Source: a virus
Strand: one strand, 5' to 3'
Virus record (IMG/VR): IMGVR_UViG_3300002922_000001
Span: 1-43,896 of that record
DNA: 43,896 nt
Below the pieces are notes generated by a model, which ran no database searches, had not been told where the DNA came from, and worked only from the letters and a program-made list of their open reading frames with translations. The first letter of the stretch is position 1. Every line of letters starts with the position of its first letter. A program made the position numbers and the translations under genes. This document shows positions 40,640 through 43,896 of this stretch, piece by piece.

Positions 40640-41056
40640 ATGGCAACAGCAGCAGTAGTAGCCCAAGGTACGCTTGTAAAGCGCGGCGATGGTGGAGACC
40701 CTACAGAAATCTTTACCGATATTACAAATGTGGTATCAGTAACCGCTCCTAGTGGTTCGGCTCAAGTAATCGACGTAACTAATCTGTCGAGTACAGCAAA
40801 AGAAAAATGCATTGGTCTTCCAGACAACGGCCAAATGACTCTTAACATTAACTACGATTCTACCGACGCAGAACAGACCGGACTTCGCGACGATCGCGAT
40901 GCTGGTACTTCGCGTAACTTCGAAGTCGTTTTCTCCGACGCTAGTCAAGCGGCTTTCGCTGGTTACGTTATGGAGTGGTCTTTGGACACTCAAACTGACG
41001 ACGTAGTTAAACTTACAGTGACCGTAGAAATCGACGGCGCTATTACTTGGACTTAA
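40640..41056 (+). CDS. Major tail (tube) protein
   Basis: 138 aa, strong SD context, directly upstream of the chaperone pair and tape measure. Confidence 0.7.
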   Translation: MATAAVVAQGTLVKRGDGGDPTEIFTDITNVVSVTAPSGSAQVIDVTNLSSTAKEKCIGLPDNGQMTLNINYDSTDAEQTGLRDDRDAGTSRNFEVVFSDASQAAFAGYVMEWSLDTQTDDVVKLTVTVEIDGAITWT

Positions 41057-41099
41057 TAAAGTCCTAACTTTCATTCTTACTTAAATAGGAAGCCCCACA

Positions 41100-41450
41100 A
41101 TGAAATTTTTACAAAGAAAAGTCCATAAGATCGACGTACCCGGCGAAGACGAAGACGTATACGTACGCGAGATTACCTTAAAAGAGCAACAAGAAATCTC
41201 TTCAATGCACACGAAGGCGGAGAAGATTAAAGATACGGACGCACAGACTTTAGCGGTAGCTAAGTGTTCGGCGTATCTCTTGGCTCTTTCGTTATGCAAC
41301 GAGAGCGGCGAATTGTATTTCACCGACGCGGACGCGGGCGCAGAAGAGTTACTAGATACTCCGGCTCCTATGTTCGCACTGCTCACGGATAACGTTCTTG
41401 AGGCTAACGGCATGGCCGCGCCAAAGGAAGAGGAAGACGTAAAAAACTAA
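41100..41450 (+). CDS. Tail assembly chaperone (gpG analogue)
   Basis: Acidic 116-aa ORF between the major tail and tape-measure genes. Ends at a slippery heptamer. Confidence 0.7.
   Translation: MKFLQRKVHKIDVPGEDEDVYVREITLKEQQEISSMHTKAEKIKDTDAQTLAVAKCSAYLLALSLCNESGELYFTDADAGAEELLDTPAPMFALLTDNVLEANGMAAPKEEEDVKN
41441..41447 (+). promoter_or_regulatory. -1 programmed frameshift slippery heptamer A_AAA_AAC
   Basis: In the zero frame it reads GTA AAA AAC TAA. The -1 frame continues CTA ATG GAA ... into ORF 41450..41758. Confidence 0.55.
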
Positions 41451-41758
41451 TGGAAGATCAAGAGTTAAGGTTTAGGTTTAGGCTTGCCTTAACTCTTGGT
41501 CGCACCGTTAACGAACTGGACGAATCTATGAGCGCGAAAGAGTATCAAGAATGGCAACGGTACTACAATACCGAGCCGTTCGGACCTTACGCGAATAACA
41601 TCAACGCTGCTAGACTTCTTTTAGCGGCTATCAGTCCACACAGCGATAAACCGCCAAGCCTAGAAGACTTAGTCTTAGGCGAAGAGCGACAAAAAGAAAT
41701 CATCGACCCTTCTATGGAACTTAAAGCAATGTTCCAAACTATGCCAAAGAAAGAGTAA
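41450..41758 (+). CDS. Tail assembly chaperone, frameshift extension (gpT analogue)
   Basis: Lies in the -1 frame relative to 41100..41450. Also has its own ATG overlapping the stop (TAATG). Confidence 0.6.
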   Translation: MEDQELRFRFRLALTLGRTVNELDESMSAKEYQEWQRYYNTEPFGPYANNINAARLLLAAISPHSDKPPSLEDLVLGEERQKEIIDPSMELKAMFQTMPKKE

Positions 41759-41764
41759 ACTAAT

Positions 41765-43896
41765 ATGAGCTTGGGAACATTAACGGTAAACATAACCGGA
41801 AACATTACTGGCCTAAAATCCGCTCTCTCTAAGGCTGAAAATAAACTTAACAGCACTTCCCGTAGATTTTCGAAGCTTGGTCAATCAATGGCGCGAGCTT
41901 CGGCGGCTATGGGCGCGGGAGTAACGGCGGGACTTGGCGGAGCTATTAAGGCTTCGGGCGACTTCGAACAAAAGATGAACGAAGTTTTCAAAGCATCCGG
42001 TAACGCCTTTACAACCGAAGGGATCGATAAAATGGCCGACGCTATTCGAAAGAACGGCGTAGAGTTCAACATAATGGAGCAAAGCATAGCAGCAGCTAAG
42101 TTAGCTTCAGCGGGCTTCTCGGAAACAGAGATACCTAAGTACTTAGCCGACGTTGCCAAGTTTGCAAAGGTGGCAAACGTAGACATAGGCAACGCTACCG
42201 ACGTTGTAGCGTCTTTCGCCAAGAATACCGGCGTAGACTTGAAGACAGCAACCGATCAACTAACTACAGCTTTCGGAAACCAGCAAGTAACGTTTAGCGA
42301 GTTGATCGCTTCTATGGGTGAATCCGTAGCGGTGGCGCAGAAGTACGGAGTTACTATTAATGAATTAGTAGGCGCACAAGCGGCACTAGCGGCGGTAGGA
42401 ATCAAAGGACAAAAAGCGGATAACCAGTTAGCTATCCTGATAGGAAAATTAAACGCGCTAACAGACGACAAAATTAAGAAGTTCAAGACGTTGGGAGTAG
42501 AGATACGAAACAACGAGGGGAAGATGAATAGCTTCACTTCCATACTTGAGCAATTCAAAGATGCAAACATATCAGCGGCAGACGGTACCGAGTTACTGAC
42601 AGAGACTTACCATAAGACTATGGTTAGTATCGCGACCGGCTCCGAGACATTTATAAAAGCATCTAACGCTATGCAAGACGCGACCGGAGCAACGGAAGTA
42701 GCTTTTAAGTCGCAAGGCAAAACGTTCAACGAACAAATGAGTAAGCTACGCAACAGCTTGGTAGTATTGGCCGAGGCTATAGGCTCTTCCGGCTTGTTAG
42801 AGTTCGCAGCTAAATTTGCGGACAAGCTTACTAAGTTGGTTATCAAACTTTCGGATACTGAGAATAGTACTTCGAAGTGGGTTGTAGGTATCGGCTTGGC
42901 TGTAGCGGCATTAGCTCCGCTCGCGGCGGGCTTAGGATTAGTTGTAGCCGGTCTTTCGGCTTTGATCGCTCCTATCGGTGCGGCTATAGGCTTACTTAGT
43001 AGTAGCGCGGGACTCGCGGCGGCTCTAGTAGCGGTAAGCGGTACCGTAGCGGTAACTAGTAAAGATTTGCGTATGCTTGTCTCGGACGGCTTTGAGTTCG
43101 TAATCGAGGGCGTGAAAGACTTAACCGGCTGGTTCGGAGACCTTAGCACTAAAGCTACTTCGATGTTTAGCGAGTTAACACAACGCATAACCAAACACAC
43201 AGACCGATTAGTAGCTACGCTTAAAAAGCCTATGGAGTGGCTACAGAAATTAACAGGAGAGTTCGACAAGACTACGGACGAAGTAGTACGTAACTCTTAT
43301 TGGCCTGAACTGGTAGACGGCGTAATAGCTCATACTATGCGTTTACAGAACGGCATGGTGCGACCAGTTAAAGAAGCTAACGAAGATGTACGCAAGTCGT
43401 TCAAAGAAACCGAAGTAGCAGTATCGCGAACGGTAGACGAGTTTAGCGGCATCACTAAAGCTTACCGAACAGCTTCTACTGAACTAAAAGACTACAACGG
43501 CTATCAGTCTGAAATGTCTAAGAAGTTGGAAGATAACAACCGACGCTTAGCAGAGTGGAAAGAAGAGCTAATGAAGAGCGGAACCATAGCCGACCAATCG
43601 GCGGCGAAGTTACGCATACTGGCCGAAGCTTGGAAAGCTGGAAACATTAGCGCGAGTAAGTACATAGAAGAAGTACAGAAGCTTGAAGGACTAACTCCAG
43701 CAATGGAACGAAATCTTAAAGCTACACAAGAGCTAGGAGAAACGTTAGCCAACATACCTACCGGAGTGTTCGACACAATGGTAGATAAGATTGGTACTGA
43801 TGGCTCTTGGTCGAAAGCGGTTAAGGACTCTCTTAAACAATCATTTACCGATGGACTCAAGAACTTAGGTAAGAGCTTGTTTAAAACGTACATCGG
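41765..43896 (+). CDS. Tail tape measure protein, N-terminal part (open at the window end, continues at nt 1; total 1101 aa)
   Basis: I translated 41765 to the end of the window without meeting a stop. It contains a TP901-type core-like segment (MGESVAVAQKYGVTINELVGAQAALAAVGIKG) and a central hydrophobic stretch. Absent from the ORF track because it has no stop in the window. Confidence 0.9.
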   Translation, partial: MSLGTLTVNITGNITGLKSALSKAENKLNSTSRRFSKLGQSMARASAAMGAGVTAGLGGAIKASGDFEQKMNEVFKASGNAFTTEGIDKMADAIRKNGVEFNIMEQSIAAAKLASAGFSETEIPKYLADVAKFAKVANVDIGNATDVVASFAKNTGVDLKTATDQLTTAFGNQQVTFSELIASMGESVAVAQKYGVTINELVGAQAALAAVGIKGQKADNQLAILIGKLNALTDDKIKKFKTLGVEIRNNEGKMNSFTSILEQFKDANISAADGTELLTETYHKTMVSIATGSETFIKASNAMQDATGATEVAFKSQGKTFNEQMSKLRNSLVVLAEAIGSSGLLEFAAKFADKLTKLVIKLSDTENSTSKWVVGIGLAVAALAPLAAGLGLVVAGLSALIAPIGAAIGLLSSSAGLAAALVAVSGTVAVTSKDLRMLVSDGFEFVIEGVKDLTGWFGDLSTKATSMFSELTQRITKHTDRLVATLKKPMEWLQKLTGEFDKTTDEVVRNSYWPELVDGVIAHTMRLQNGMVRPVKEANEDVRKSFKETEVAVSRTVDEFSGITKAYRTASTELKDYNGYQSEMSKKLEDNNRRLAEWKEELMKSGTIADQSAAKLRILAEAWKAGNISASKYIEEVQKLEGLTPAMERNLKATQELGETLANIPTGVFDTMVDKIGTDGSWSKAVKDSLKQSFTDGLKNLGKSLFKTYI
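43848..43896. repeat. Terminal direct repeat, identical to 1..49
   Basis: Exact 49/49 identity, read directly. Confidence 0.95.

Noticed and set aside
41881-43893. Four long minus-strand ORFs (41881..42222, 42256..42570, 42607..43269, 43504..43893)
   Set aside because: They are antisense to the open tape-measure frame. Their Ala/Ser/Leu-rich nonsense composition mirrors the sense codon bias, and there are no start contexts.
1-43896. Search for lysogeny, CRISPR, retroelement or toxin-antitoxin modules
   Set aside because: I found no integrase or recombinase motifs, no CI/Cro-like HTH pair, no reverse transcriptase motifs and no regularly spaced direct repeats. The 7-nt CCAAGCC repeats near the tRNA are too short to call an att site.

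Overview
The window is a complete, circularly closed genome of a tailed dsDNA phage. Nt 1..49 are repeated exactly at 43848..43896, giving 43,847 bp of unique sequence. The tape-measure gene reads straight through the junction (41765..43847 joined to 1..1223, 1101 aa). Because it has no stop inside the window end, its N-terminal two thirds are missing from the supplied ORF track.

Layout:
- Rightward late operon: 27109 through the junction to 8099. It holds membrane/secreted proteins, a tailspike/fiber-like module, small genes, TerS (P27 type), TerL, an HK97-type portal, a ClpP-like prohead protease, an HK97-type capsid, connector/adaptor/gp10-like/terminator proteins, the major tail protein, G/T chaperones with a -1 slippery site, the tape measure, two tail-tip proteins, holin, M15 endolysin, overlapped i/o-spanins, a membrane-anchored 378-aa protein, HNH and GNAT.
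- Leftward accessory arm: 13628 down to 8080. It holds a dNMP kinase, a DUF2786 protein, signal-peptide proteins and an oligoribonuclease-like exonuclease. Almost every gene here is bracketed by a conserved promoter-like motif and a hairpin.
- Rightward early/replication arm: 13869..26774. It holds resolvase-like, YbcO-like, Erf-like and YqaJ-like exonuclease genes, a DnaB-like helicase, SSB, a Toprim primase, a family A polymerase, a SpoT-type HD hydrolase, a DEDDy exonuclease, a sigma-like factor and a RecA-like ATPase. After these come a decayed DUF4406 gene, one aberrant tRNA-like gene, a 470-nt ORF-free stretch and a run of tiny hydrophobic peptide genes.

The spanin pair with a lipobox points to a Gram-negative host. 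I saw no integrase, repressor, reverse transcriptase, CRISPR array or rRNA.

All functional calls rest on motifs read by eye in the translations. No database search, HMM, RNA-folding or tRNA program was run.

The most interesting unexplained signals are regulatory:
- a family of hairpins with covarying stems and a conserved ACGGAC loop (10-mer CCGTCCGTGG);
- a recurrent CTGTAAAT-type promoter-like motif;
- two near-consensus CTGT-N8-ACAG (LexA/SOS-box-like) palindromes, placed at the divergent early control region and at the head of the late operon;
- a cluster of very small membrane-peptide genes next to a degenerate tRNA.
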